Assembly (NCBI GenBank): GCA_009602725.1
Contig: WELB01000027.1
Location: 913,815 to 945,842, forward strand
DNA length: 32,028 nt
DNA from: Spirogloea muscicola
Lineage: Eukaryota
Direction of reading: 5' to 3'
This document shows positions 1 through 14,962 of this stretch, piece after piece (the stretch's first letter is position 1; every line of letters starts with the position of its first letter). The position numbers were made by a program, and so were the translations under genes. Under the pieces are notes generated by a model that did not search any database, was not told where the DNA came from, and worked only from the letters and a program-made list of their open reading frames with translations.

Positions 1-236
1 CCTCCCCCCCCGCCTCCCTATCTCTCTCGCTTTCCCTCCATTCCTCCCTCTCCCACTCTCCTCCCTTTCTCTCTCCCTCTCTCCCTCCTCTCACTCTCGC
101 TCTCCCTCTCTCCTCCCTTTCTCCCTCCCTCTCTCCCTCCCTTGCCCTTTCCTTCCTTCCTCTCCCTCTCCTTCCCTCCCACCCTCCCTCTCCCTCCATC
201 GCTCCCTCTCGCCCTCTTCCTCTCGCCCCCTCTCCA
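1..236. repeat. CT-rich low-complexity polypyrimidine tract (probably intronic in the transporter gene)
   Basis: Almost pure C/T (ctccct/ctct-type degenerate microsatellite), directly upstream of the CAG acceptor at 276-278. Confidence 0.85.
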
Positions 237-278
237 CGTATCTCTCTTACATCAGACTCCGAGCTGACATGACTGCAG

Positions 279-3200
279 ATATGGAGCATTCCCGAAGCTA
301 TGATCACTGCCGAGCTTAGCACAGCCTTCCCTGAGAATGGAGGCTATGTGGTCTGGGTATCAGCAGCCTTTGGCCCCTTCTGGGGTTTCCAGGTACTCGA
401 CCTCATCCGCTGGCCGGGGTCTTGGTCATGTGCTTGATACCCCTGTAAGTGAGCATCCTTCTTGAGAAAGGGGCGGCGAAGTAAGAGGGGATAACTGCTA
501 TTTAAGACTGTCCACATCCGTGCAACTTCTGCGGGCATGCCTTTGCAATGCCAGAAGGTGTGCTTCAGGGTGCAAGAGGCCAGGTAGTCTGGGTTGCAAC
601 AGCTAGAAATGGACGCCTTATTTAGCCAGAGCGCTTATCACGCACCTGCAGGAGGGTTGGTGGAAATGGCTCAGCGGTGTCATCGATAATTCCCTCTACC
701 CAGTCCTTTTCCTGGACTATCTGAAGCGCGTTCAGCCAGCCTTTGGAAGCGGCCCTACTCGATACATTACACTAATCGTCATCACTGCTGTGAGGCCAAG
801 CTTCTCAGCAACAGATGTCCTGTGTCCGTGTTCTCGTTGGTCGACCCCTGGCCAGGCAGAGTCTCGCCAGAATTGGTCAATGAGGTCTCGAGGTTCTCAA
901 TGTGACTATGCTTAGGTTGGCTGCATGACTTGACATACTGCATGACTGGTTGCTTGTAGTCCCAGGGTGGTTGTTAAGCATGAATACACATAGCTGACAT
1001 GCCTGTTGCAGGTTTTGACTTATCTGAACTACAGGGGCCTGACAATTGTTGGTGGCACTGCAATGGCACTGACGGTCTTCAGCTTGTTGCCATTTGCAAC
1101 CATGGCACTATTCGCCATCCCCAAGCTGAAGCCATCGAATTGGTAAAGTGCAACTTGCTACTGGGCTTGTGGCAGCTCTTGACCTCCTCAAGCCAAGTAG
1201 GACTGCATGTCACTTTCCTCTGGTTTCTTGAGAACACACCGAAGGAACGCACCAGCGACAAAGCATGATGGGAAGCATGATGGGATGCTGCATGAGCCAT
1301 TCTTATCGTGTTTGTGGCGTTCTGCTCACAGTGTCCTGCCAACTTTGTGCAACAAGTCTTCACAGTCTTACTAGTACAGTAACACTGGTCCTGCTTGCTC
1401 TACCCTAACTGCCACTGGCAATCGCTGATGCAACTCTGATACAGGTTCATGTGGGACAAAGACAAGGTTGATTGGAGGGGTTACTTCAACACTCTGTTCT
1501 GGAATTTAAACTACTGGGACTCTGTCAGGTGACCTACAAATCTCAGAGGACTCTGCATGGATCGCCCTGCATGCCAGATCTTTGTTGTCAACAGCTTGCA
1601 TGTCACAGGACTCTGCAAGTTGCAGTCTCCTTGACTTATTGTTGACTACCTCCATCTGCATTGTGGAGGACTCTGGAAAAGTTCACCTTCCTCCCTCCTC
1701 TAACACTCTCAATGCTTTCCGTTGAGACTTTCGAGAAGTAGTCAAGCTCTTGGGAGTTCTTTGCAAGGGATTCTGTGCCCCAGTGCTTTGCTGATGGTGA
1801 GCCTACTCTTGGAGTGTGGCAGCACACTTGCGGGGGAGGTCGACTCTCCACAGTCCACATTTCCTCGTGCGCTGCTTGCCGCTGTCTTCCTTGTGGTTGG
1901 CACATATCTGGTACCATTGCTGGCAGGAACTGGAGCACTGTATCCAGACAGAGCTGCTTGGAATGACGGCTATTTTGCTGATGTGGGTGCCCTCATTGGT
2001 GGCTCGTGGCTCAAGTGGTGGATAATGGCTGCTGCAGCTTTTTCTAACATGGGGCTCTTTGAGGCTGAGATGAGCAGGTTCGTCTGCCCATTCCAGAGGC
2101 AGATGCGCTTCTTGTGTCTCTTGTACATGTGCTCATCATTCGCTCTCTGTACCAGTACTCACAGGATAGGGACTGTTCCGTGTGCTTGCAGTGATTCGTT
2201 CCAATTGTTGGGCATGGCAGAGCGGGGACTGCTACCTGATGTCTTTGCAAAGAGGTCCAAGTATGGGACTCCTGTTCTTGCTATTGTCTGCTCTGCCAGC
2301 GGCGTAATTGCCCTTTGCTGGATGGACTTTCAGGAGGTATGATGGCAAGTTGTGAGTAGTCCCTAGCTAGCAAGGTTGTCAGTGCATGACTAGCGAGCTA
2401 GGACTAGTATGCGTCTTAAAAGATAGCTTCAAGAGCATATTGGTATTGGCCTGAGATTCTTGCACCTCCCACAGAGCAAGACACCTGCCTGAATATTGTA
2501 TTTGTGGCAGATTGTCGAGCTTCTCAACTTCTTGTACTGCTTTGGAATGTTGCTGGAGTTTGCGGCTTTCATTTGGCTCCGTGTCTCTCAGCCACATCTA
2601 GATCGGCCTTTCAAGTGGGTAATGGAGTAACATGTGGAAGTTGCCTGAGCTTTTGGATCTGTACATGTTTTAAGGTGCTCCATAATAGCAGCAAGTGCAC
2701 AGCGCAGAATCTGATGCGGTATCAAGCACCATGCCCCACTTGCCTGATTTCTAGGAATTCCGAACTGGTTGAGACATGAGACCGCTACATTGTGCAGGAT
2801 CCCAGTGGGTGCGGCAGGGGCAATCGTGCTGTGCCTGGCTCCATCGCTCACATTGGTGCTTGTCATGTGCCTCGCTTCCAAAAACACCATTATTGTCAGG
2901 TACGCTGTGATGAGTACGTAGAATGCTTGAAAAAGTTAGCAGCTCACAGAATCTGACAGTCATCACCTGTGGTGATAATGCAGCTCAGCTTTTCACATTG
3001 CACCTCCAAATATTGCAGCAAAGCATGGGGCAACAGCAGCTCGCATTTACGCAGCTTACATTTGCGGGCTGTGCAGCTTTCTGGTATCGCTGCTGGGCTT
3101 CCTGCTGTACCCACTACTGATGTTGGCAAAGCAGAAGGGCTGGTTGCAATTCCATGTGGAGCCGAGGCTTCCAGACCTACAGGAGGACGCACTGCCTATG

Positions 3201-3485
3201 ACGAGCGGACCCTTAGCTGCTCCCCAGTATGCTGCAATAGATGATGATGCTGCTGCTGACAAGGATGCAGAGCTGTACAATACGTCCACCATTCTGCTCT
3301 CTGAGACTCAAGGTGAGGCGGGGCCACACAGTACGGTGCGTATCTTGACCTTCAAGTCTTGTCCTACTTACCTCTCACAACGTCGCTGACTGTCTTGTGT
3401 AGGTGCAGAGCAGAAGGCAACCTCTGAGGGCTCTCAGATGGAGGACGACGCACAAGACGGTGCTCCTCTGCTCTTGAGCAAGTAA
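279..3485 (+). CDS. Polyamine uptake transporter, PUT/LAT (RMV1-like) APC family; 5' exon(s) outside window
   Basis: Manually spliced GT-AG exons 279-392, 652-789, 1012-1142, 1445-1528, 1823-2077, 2192-2336, 2511-2614, 2798-2899, 3077-3312, 3403-3485 give one frame: [27 protein letters not shown]...[24 protein letters not shown]...[10 protein letters not shown]...[20 protein letters not shown]...[21 protein letters not shown]...[11 protein letters not shown]. These are hallmark motifs of plant PUT/LAT transporters. Stop TAA at 3483-3485. Confidence 0.93.
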
Positions 3486-3984
3486 AAGGCAAGGTCGAAG
3501 GTCCAACATTCTTTTGTTATTTGTTATATTGTACGCTTGGCGCACATTGCAGCCCCATACACAACCTCATCGTCCTACAAGTCTTCCCCGACTCAGTGCT
3601 GGTGCGTAGCTCGTGGAGCCACGGTCAGGTGTCTGTCATACTTGACAGGAAAGTCCTGATTGACTCAGGGGGAGGAGTTGATGCCCAACGAGGTTGACAT
3701 GTCGTTGCGTGTTACGTGATAGGCATGCATGCCAACGCCCAGCTGTGTTGTGAGTCCCCTCCTATGCACAAAGTGACAGCTATCCCCCGACCTGACTCTG
3801 ACATCCACGAGCTGCGGCAGGAGAGGCGCGCGCTGCGCATGAAATGAAAGGGAAGCCAATACACTCTTCAGGCAAAAGCTAGTGCAAATTGTTTGGTTAC
3901 ATAATACGATGTCTGCTGCAATAGCCAAAAAGCAAACAAGGAGACGGCTTAGCCGGCCAATGAACAGTGTGAGTCTAGAGTCGT

Positions 3985-4150
3985 CTAAGGTGCCAGAGTT
4001 TCACATGGTATAGGCACAGGCCAAGTAGCACTCCGCTTCAGAGGAGCGCTGCACAGACGAGCAACTTACTAAGCTGCCAGAGACTCACAGGGCACAGCCA
4101 CAGGCCAAGTAGCCTTCTGCTGCAGAGCAGCGTTGCTCGAGGATAGCAGG
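3985..4150. repeat. Imperfect 84-bp tandem duplication
   Basis: ctaaggtgccagagtttcacatggtataggcacaggccaagtagc (3985-4029) vs ctaagctgccagagactcacagggcacagccacaggccaagtagc (4069-4113), 38/45 identical. Weaker similarity continues downstream. Confidence 0.75.
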
Positions 4151-4828
4151 CTTCATGACAGGCTGTGTGATGCTAGCTGCAAAAACTTTGTAGATGCTGC
4201 TCCTGCGTGGCTGTCCAAGAATGGAAGGGAGGACAAGATGAGGGCTGAGGTGCTTATTGCTACAATGCCGCTGCTGTTGTGTGGGCAGATCACCACTTTG
4301 ACACGGCTCGTGAGGTATTCGGCACACAACTTCCTCGCCTGATGTATCTAAGCATCATGCTAGCTCTCTTGTACAGCCTCCCAGCCCGGAGGAGATGCTA
4401 GTACTTCTCTGCATGCTGGAGGCGGCAAAACAAGCAGCAGCTCAAGGATCAGGTAGCAACACAACAGTCACATTCGAAAAGGACGGGGCTCCACGATGGT
4501 GGATAGGGCCACAACCGCTGTGGAAGTGGCAAAGTGACAGGGCTCTGGTACAGTGACAGAGGAGGATGGGATATGCAATGAACGGCAGCCTATAGACTGC
4601 TCAAGAGAATCTGCACATAATTCCTCCGCAACCTTGAGCCGCAAGTGTCATTGACGAGCCAAGGTCTAGGTTGGGGTCCCATTGCCTCGGCGGAGCAGCT
4701 CCCAACTTGGCTGACATTAATGCAAACGCGACTGTAGCTGAGCGTAACTTGGCCGTCTCACAAGCGAAGCCTAAGCAGCTGCAGCTCAGCTGAGGCCACG
4801 GCATTGCAGGATCTTGCTGCTGCCCCTT

Positions 4829-7101
<2,273 letters not shown>

Positions 7102-7103
<2 letters not shown>

Positions 7104-7724
7104 GCCACTCCCCCCTCCCGCCCCGCGCCCGCGCCCGCGCCCGCCGCCGGGTCCCGCCGCGGCCCTGTGACGGTGGAGTTCCAGCGCCAGATGGCCAAGG
7201 AGCTGACGCAGTACTTCCAGGACAAGCAGTACGAGGAGCAGCGGCGCCGCGGCCGCATCTTCGGCTGGACGCGCAAGAACGAGATCGCCAACGGCAGGTG
7301 TGCGACCCCTCGCCCTGCCCTCCTGCCAGCTCCCCGGCGCCCCGGCCAGCGGCCTCGGGCCATGCGGGCCGGGCCGAGCCGCGCCCCTGCTAGCCGGCAG
7401 AGCTTCGGCTGCCAGCAGCCACTTGTGGCGGGCAGGATCAGCAGCTGCGTGAGCTTGGGGTCGTACTGAGGGATCCGGCTGGTCTTCCTGGAGTGCAGTC
7501 GGGGGGCAATGTAGGCTGGTTGACCCGGCAAGGCCCTCCGCTCACACTGGCACCTTGTGGTGCATCCCCTGCCGCTGCTGAAGCCACGGTACCGGCCTGT
7601 TTGGCGCAGATGGACCATGTTCGGTCTCGCAGTCGGCCTTCTGACTGAGTATGCCACAGGGTCTACTTTCCCCGACCAGCTTAGGATAATCGTCCAGAAC
7701 CTCGGGATTGCGGACCTTGACTGA
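7102..7724 (+). CDS. OHP2: One-helix protein 2 (LHC-like, PSII assembly); 5' end in gap
   Basis: Exons <7102-7297 and 7610-7724: ...VTVEFQRQMAKELTQYFQDKQYEE...IFGWTRKNEIANGR|WTMFGLAVGLLTEYATGSTFPDQLRIIVQNLGIADLD*. It has the LHC motif ExxNGRWxM and the OHP2-type TEYATG...GIxDLD tail. Confidence 0.92.
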
Positions 7725-8370
7725 CCGAGGATGTAGTGCCAGGTGCTAGGGCACTCCAGTCAGGGGGCCTCTGAGTGCTGCTCACTAGGAGTCGCAGCCC
7801 CAGATGAGAGCGCTACAATGAGCCCTCTTCTTTTTGTAACTAATTGTTGGGTCACCTAGAACTGCCACTATGGATGTGCTCAGGGCACCCGTTGTAAGCA
7901 CAGCTGGCATGCGTGCCCATGCGACGATGCAGCCGTGGACCAGCATGGGCAAGCCGGCTGACTGAGCGAGGATGGTCGCGGACCCTCCTTCGTGAAGCAC
8001 GTTCCAGTGAGAAGTTCAAGCAGCTGGGTTGGTGCAGTGCAACGTGGGCGTGTGTGCTTGCAGATGTTGACGGCTTCGTCAATGAATGCACAGCCGCTGG
8101 TTATGCAGCTGGTGAAAGCAGGACATTGCAACATGCCCAGCTGACAAAGAATGCACACTCTTCATTGATTCCTCTAGAGATCACACCTCCCGAGCTCGTG
8201 GGCTGATGAGCGAGTGGCTCCGTTGGACTCAGCAGAGCAAGCTGGCCACTGTGGATGCCCTGAGCGGGCCATGAACAGGGCGGGGATGGGTGAGGTCGCA
8301 GGACAGGCAGGTACACAAAGTCGAAGATGGGCATCTGCTGGACATCAAGGCCCCTGCCTTGGTCGATGTC

Positions 8371-11300
8371 TCAAGCCCCCTTTCGAGCGGCGTGGTAAAG
8401 CTCCATGTAATCAAGAGCTGGTCGATTCCAAGTCCAGTCTTGCTCCATGACCTGTGCTGCCAGAGCTTGCCACCAGTCGCGATCGTCGTACCATGCTGAC
8501 AGAGCCCTGCCAAGAGCACTCAACACATCATCAACAATGTAAGAATCTCGAGTGCGTTGGTGCTCACCTATCACTGGCGCTGACTGCTTTACTGACCTGT
8601 TCAGCGCATACTCGACGCCAGCCACATCAGCACCCTCGAAACTGAAGCCATTTGGTAGCAAGCCCTGTGTTGCTGCCCGCTCCTTGTCGTGATCGACATC
8701 AAACACTGTATCATTCAAACCTAAAGAACATAACACAAGGACATGTAAGCATCAAGCATTCTAAGCTGCAGCTAATCGCTGCAAGCATCACTGCGAGCAT
8801 GCATGCGATGGTTGTCCTAAAGTGAGAGGCCAGAAGCTTGCACATACCTCCAGTCTTCCGAACCACAGGTACAGCTCCAAATCGCATTGCCACTAGCTGG
8901 GTCAGACCGCAGGGCTCAAATATGGACGGCACCAGTATGATGTCGCTGGCTGCATATATCTGTATGCAGACAGAAAAATTACTCAGAAAGTGCTCATGGA
9001 GCAACAAATGCACTTGCTGCGGTCCTCCTTAGAATCACCGGGTTGTGAAATATGTGAGACTAACCAAGTGGGAGAGGGGTTCGTCATAGGTCAGCCAAAG
9101 TCGAGCCATGTCGCCATGTGTGCGGGAGAGCTGCGAAGCGAGGCCCTGGAACTCGTTCTGAATGCGAGGGTCTGGCGCAGAACCCAATAGCACAACCTGA
9201 CCGCCTCGATTGAGGGTGTGCCAGATGGAGTGCTTAATGAGGTGGATGCCCTTCTGAGCTGTCAGCCTCGTGATGATGCCCACAATAGGTCTATCCTCCT
9301 GCCTCAAGGACAATCGCTTCCGCAATTCCTCCTTGGCGGCCGCCTTGGCTTGCACCACCTCTGCCGCGGTGTACCTCATCTAGAGTACAAGCAGACATCA
9401 GAGAAGCAGCAGTGAGGTTGTCTCGTACTCCTCAAGACAGAGCCTCCGCCTGGTGACGAGCAGTGTTACAATGATGCAGAACCATCCTTCCTGCAAAAGC
9501 ATACGCTGGCGTCATCGTTATGAAGCATACAGGAATGAAGTCATCTCCGAGTGGGTCCCAGATGTCAGGGTCAATGCCATTCCTGATGCCGTGGAACTTT
9601 TCCAGATATGGCTTGATAGCACCATGTTGTGAAATCTCCGCAGCGTATGTTGGCGACACCTTAACCAAGAAGGAGAGTACCAGACAGTCACAGACGGCCA
9701 TTCAAGTCACGTAAGTGACTGGCAGGGTGAGTCCAACGCATGCTAAGTATAGCAGGAGAAAGCTACCCAAGAAGAACAGGGATTGGCTTCAGGGGGATAA
9801 CAGCGGGGGACGCACTGTGGTGGCAAGGTTGGCAGAGGCCATGGCTGCAGCAATGTCAGGAACCCCAAACTCGAGGTTGTGAATGGTGAAGACAGTCCTT
9901 GCATTGGCTAAGCCGCACTGATTGTAACGCTCCACCAGTAGTGGTGCAACTGGGGCTGATGACCAGTCGTGGCAATGCAGAATGTCCTGCACTCAACGCT
10001 ACAGGGAGCTCACTAAGCCTGTATAAGATTGAACTTGTGACAACCTGACGTCTTTACAAACAGGCGCAAGTAGCAGAGAGCTTTATAGATCAGATCCCTC
10101 ACTGGGCGGCGGCCACTTTGCAGCAGGAACTCCAGCGCAGCATTGCAGAAGAATCCAAAGCGTGCTGCGTCATCTTTACGTCCATATATGCAACCAACCC
10201 AAAATTGCCTGCAGCCTCAACCACGCTGCTTCAGCATCGTCAATGATGTGCGCCATCTCGCCTGGGTCCGGCCCCTCTGGAAGAGAGCAGATTGGTGGTG
10301 GGCATTGTGAAGCTGGAGTAGGCAGCATGAGGGTGGCCATGGCAATCACCCGCTTTCAGGCTCGAGGAAGTTGACGAGAATGCCTTCTACAAAGCCCTGC
10401 CAGGTGCGGATGCGGGTGCCTCCCCAGAAAAAGCTGGACTTCTCCTCCAGCTCAAAGATCTGTCTCGCGGTGAAGGGGCCATGTGCCTTTCATTGTTTGC
10501 CCATCAGCAGCTCATCATGATCACAGTTCAGCGTTGTGCAGGCCTCACCTGGGAGTATTTGAGGCAGTCGTACTTGGGCAGCACAACCTCCACCTTGTGG
10601 CCCAGCTCTTGAACTGCCCGTGACAAACTCGTCACAACATCACCCAGGCCGCCCACCTGCAAACGCTAAGTCAGCAACTCTGCTAAAGCTGCAAGCCCTG
10701 CAGAAAGCTCCTCCAGATAGCTTCCGTAGCGTCTACCCTTGAAGGTGCATCTAGACATGCAAATGGCTGCAGACCTTAGCTACTGGGGCCATCTCCAAGG
10801 CGACATGGATTATATGGAGAGGCGCTTCAGAGGCCGAGCTGCCAGTGACAGGAACATGATAGTCCAAGCCGCCACGATTGTCGTACAAGCCACCCTCCTC
10901 AAACCCACCCCCCCTCTCCGAGAAGACGAGGTCAAGGATGTACGCATCCTGGGGAATGTCCACTGCAGGCGCAAAACATGGCCAAGTACGGATGCAATGA
11001 CAACCGCTGCCAGTGCTGCATGTGTGCGTGCAAGAAGCAACCAATTCATATCAATCGGCTTACAACAAGTAGCGTGGGTAGGACACGGGCACTAGGTTGT
11101 GCAAGGCTGACCAGTTGCATGAAGATGCGTCCCATTGTGTGATGGCATGAGCTTGCGAGGTAGAAAACAACCATCTCGATGGGTCCAGCGATTGAAGGAA
11201 CCTCGCATCCAGACCTCCTGCTTCCCTGCCAGCGCAGTGGTGTGGGGGTTGTAATACACCTCAACCTTGTCTCCAGCCAGAGGCTCCGTTGGCTTGGTGA

Positions 11301-14300
11301 AAATGACGTGCTCCTGAGACTGCAGGAATGCCGCTTTTGTCTTCTGCTTCATCTCCTCCTTCAGCTGTGCACGACGTTTTTCCTGGGTGGCAACAGCAAA
11401 GAGGGAGCAAGGGCCTCTTCAAGAAGCAGGAACGAGTTGTCTGCGGCTGCTGGTGCATTGTGGATGACAACAAAGAGGAGGTGGAACGCACTGCTAGGTA
11501 GGCCAGGCAGACATGTCACCAAGGGGCGCAGGCAATACCAGACTCCTCTTCTCGTCTGCAATCCGCTTGCGCTCCTCTTCTAATTGCCTCAGAAGGCGCT
11601 GCTCTGCTTGAGCTTGATGTTCCTCAACAGTCAGTGGGCCTAACGTCCGCACATGGAAGTCTTGCCTACTGTTGTTGTCCCAGTTCCTTGCATCTTCTGG
11701 GCGACCGTCTGCAACGACCCAGCTGAGCACAAAAGCTCCTTCTGGCACAGCCACTGCATGCATGACGGCCAGATGAGGAGCGGTCACAAGTCAAAGTGAG
11801 CAGCACGAGGCACCAACGAGCTCTCAGTGCCATATGATACAGGCCTTGTCACCAGAGATACCTTCAGCACTCCACCAATCTCCGTGTTCCTGCGAGTGTG
11901 GCTTCATCTGAAGTACAATCGAGATTCCGTCCTGCCACCCGTTGACGCCTGCATGCAGCCAGACTTCCTGGCTGTAGGCAAGCGGTCTTTGAGCCCGATT
12001 GTACAGCAACGTCGCCCTCTTGCCACCCTAGCACAAGCAGAGGCACTCAACAGGCCTTCAAATCACAAGGAGCAGGCTCAGTAATCAAGTAAGCCATAAA
12101 GGATGCAAAAGGGCTGGTGGCACGTTAAGCACATCTTGGGCAATGCTTAGGAGCATGTAGGAGGCACTTACTTCCATGGGAGTTGGTTTGCTGTACCACA
12201 CTCCCCACTGGGACTCGGCAGCCTGACCATATGCATGGCCCCCTTTCTCCCACATCTCTTTCACATGCTCCTTGGCCTGTTGACACAGTCAACAAAGCGG
12301 TGTCAGCCAAAGCGCGACCCAGGGCAAGAATGCCAACAACGTACAGTTCAGCAACCTAGAAGAGCAGTGAGTGCCATCACTCTGCAGTGACTCACCATGG
12401 CCTGCTCTGCCTCTTGCTGTTTACGCTGTTGCGCAAGCCTCTGCTCCTCCAATGCCCTGTTGCAACTCCTCTGCCATCAGTAGAGTCATGCAGAGGGCAG
12501 ATGCAGCACCTCCATCTCAAGGAAATTGTGTCAGCTGCTTGCAGCGGAGTTGGAAACATTGTGCTAACCTGAGGCGGCGCTCCGCCTCCTCTGCAGCAGC
12601 TCGCTCAGCCTGTCTCCGCTTCTCGTCCGCTAGAAAGGCCTCAAACTGCTGCTCGTTGAGGCCACCGTCCACCCTCAAATAGAAGTCCTGAGCAGAGTTG
12701 TTCTCGTACGTCTTGTCTCCGTCGAAGAAGACAAAGTTGAGGATGTAGGCCTCCTTTGGTATATGAAGCTTGCAGACCCACCAGTCCTTGTCTAGGGTGC
12801 TCCTTTCCATGGCCTGCCGGAAAGGCTGCCATTGCCAGTCGTTGAAGGCCCCCATGATGAGGACGTTGGGCCGACTCTTGAGCTCACTGATGCCGCGGTT
12901 GAAGTAGACCTCAACCTCACTGTCAGCCGTGACAGGCGCCTCGGGGTACGAGAACATCTTCGCAGCGATCCACTCCTTGACCTCCACCAGCTTCCTCAGC
13001 TCTGTCTCGCGCTTCTCCCGCTCCATCATCTGCCGCCATTGCCTGGCAAGGCTGACTCAGAGACTACTCCTGCAACAGAGTACCATGCAGAGAAACATTG
13101 CGCCCTGGCATGACCCACTCACGTGAAGCCTCAGCTGGCGCTCATCTGCCTCGCGGCGAGCTTGTCGGTCGCGCTCCGCAGCTTGCAGCTGCTCCTCCTC
13201 TTCCAGCTGCTGCTCCCGCTGTAAGCACAGTCACCCAGCTGTGCAAGAATGAGTCTAAAGGATGCCTTGTAGTACCGGCACGGAGCCAAGCAATTGGCAG
13301 GGGCAGGGGGCGAGCGTGGAAGTGCTGTTCACCCGTGCACGTTCGGCTGCTTCTGAAGCCTGGCGATCAGCTTCGTACTGAGCCGCCAGAAGCCGTTCTG
13401 CCATGCGCCGCTCCTCTTTCTGCCGCTGCAGCTCCGCAGTCTCAGCCTGCCAGGAGGCAGAGTTGCTGGACGGTATTGAGAGGATTGTAGCAGCAGCGGA
13501 GTAGGTGGATGATTGGTGCTGCTTTCTGATTGCATTGCAACATCACAGTGGCAAGGTGGTCTAGCACCAGGCAGTCCTTCTAGGCTGCACCTCAGCGGCC
13601 TCGGATGAGGTAGCAGTGGACCCGTTGTTGTCAACGGGGCTGCCATGGTCGCTCTCAGCCTCGTCTGTTGCTTCTTCCAGTGAGGCTGCTGGCGAGGGCG
13701 TCGTGTCCTCTTGCTCGGCTGCTCCAGTTACCAGGGCAGGCGTTTCCGGCACCTTCTGCTCCTCCTCTGTGACCACGCTCTCCGCAGCAGTGGCCACTCC
13801 AGCTGATCGGGCAGGTGCTTCCGACCTCTCTTCTTCCTCGTCCCTCTCGACTCGGCCATCCTCAGCATTCGCCACTCCAGCTCCCACAGGAGGCAGCTCC
13901 AGTCCCCTGGGCTCCTCCGGAGCTACCTCGCGTGTCTCAGCAACAAGCGCTCCAGCTTCCGGAGGAGGCGCTCCATGCACCTCCAGCTCCTCTTGCTCGA
14001 CCTCATCCTCCTCCTCCTCCTCCTCTCGCGGCTGCTCCACGGATCTGACTGTCAAGGGTGGCGTTTCGGGCCCATTGAGGCCCTCCCCTTGCGATGGCAG
14101 CTGCGCTCCAGCATCCTCACGCTCCGGCCCAGTGGCGGGGCTGCCAGTGGCGAAGCACTCAGATGCATTAGCTCCTCGAAAGATGGGGGCCGGCAGGAGC
14201 AGAGCTGGCGTGATGGAGCAGTGCCAGCAGCGAGTACCCGGCAATGGCAGTGGCATTTGCGCCGTTGCCAGCGTGGGGCTCATCCCGAGCGGGGGGCGTG

Positions 14301-14634
14301 GAGGGCGGCTCGGGCTCCAGCGTCGTGTGCGTCGGCCCGGGGGGGGCCCTCTTCTTGGGCGGCGCGTTGTGGGCATCTTGGACGAGCGCTTTGCCCCTGC
14401 CGGAGGAGCTGCTGGGGGAGCGGCGCTTGGCGGCGTGGGCCACCGCGGGCCGCCGGGGTCGGGACCAGGCCGGCCGCCAGCCTGCACGGAGGAGGGAGGG
14501 GGCGGGCGTGAGCGGGCGGAGCGAGCGGCAATGTGGCAATGCGGGCGGGCACGGAGCACGGCTGCAAGCCGGGGCTGACCGGGGCAGGGAGGGGCGGCGG
14601 AGGGGGAGNGAGGCGCGGCGGCGCGCGGCGCCAT
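8371..14634 (-). CDS. SS3: Soluble starch synthase III (transit peptide, acidic/coiled-coil N-terminus, three starch-binding domains, GT5 catalytic domain)
   Basis: Multi-exon gene; the junctions I traced stay in frame. Three repeats of the SS3 starch-binding domain ([40 protein letters not shown]), then [99 protein letters not shown]. The likely ATG is at 14634 (MAPRAAAP...). Confidence 0.95.
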
Positions 14635-14962
14635 GGGGGAGTGGGGGCGCGGGGGGGCCAAGTGGCAGGCGCGGGCATCTCCGGCCGCGCACCCGGGCAT
14701 CGCGAAGCGCAGGCCCACGAGTGGCCAACCTGCAGCCGACCCCGAGGCCCGCCACATGCTCACCACGACTCACCTTCTCGATGCTTGACTCCACCTTATG
14801 TATGGAAAGTGGCTTCTCTCCCACAAAGAGAGAGAAGGCGCGCGGGGCGCATGAATTGAAAGGGAGGCCAATTCAAGCCAATACATTGTTCAGGCAGAGT
14901 CGAGTGCAGACTAAACAATGCTACATAATACGGAGACCTAATCTAAGGTACCTAAGATGACA

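Noticed and set aside
1262..1285. 12-bp tandem duplication AGCATGATGGGA x2
   Set aside because: An ordinary short intronic slippage duplication with no evident consequence.
1547..1675. CRISPR-like array
   Set aside because: The constant part is only 9 nt with three copies, it lies inside a spliceosomal intron, and there are no cas genes.
7743..8063. 3'-UTR intron of OHP2 (CAG|GTGCTA ... TTGCAG|)
   Set aside because: The splice-like signals are plausible but cannot be tested without transcripts, so it was not called.
13029..13125. Apparent phase mismatch or GC donor in SS3
   Set aside because: Resolved by canonical CAC|GTGAGT joined to GGCGGCAG|ATGATG in phase 0 (LRLH|MMERE).
13616..14960. 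Long + strand ORFs (320 aa, 238 aa) and similar ORFs at 17865-19028, 23961-24357 and 31139-31827
   Set aside because: They are antisense or alternate-frame shadows of GC-rich first exons, where stop codons are rare.
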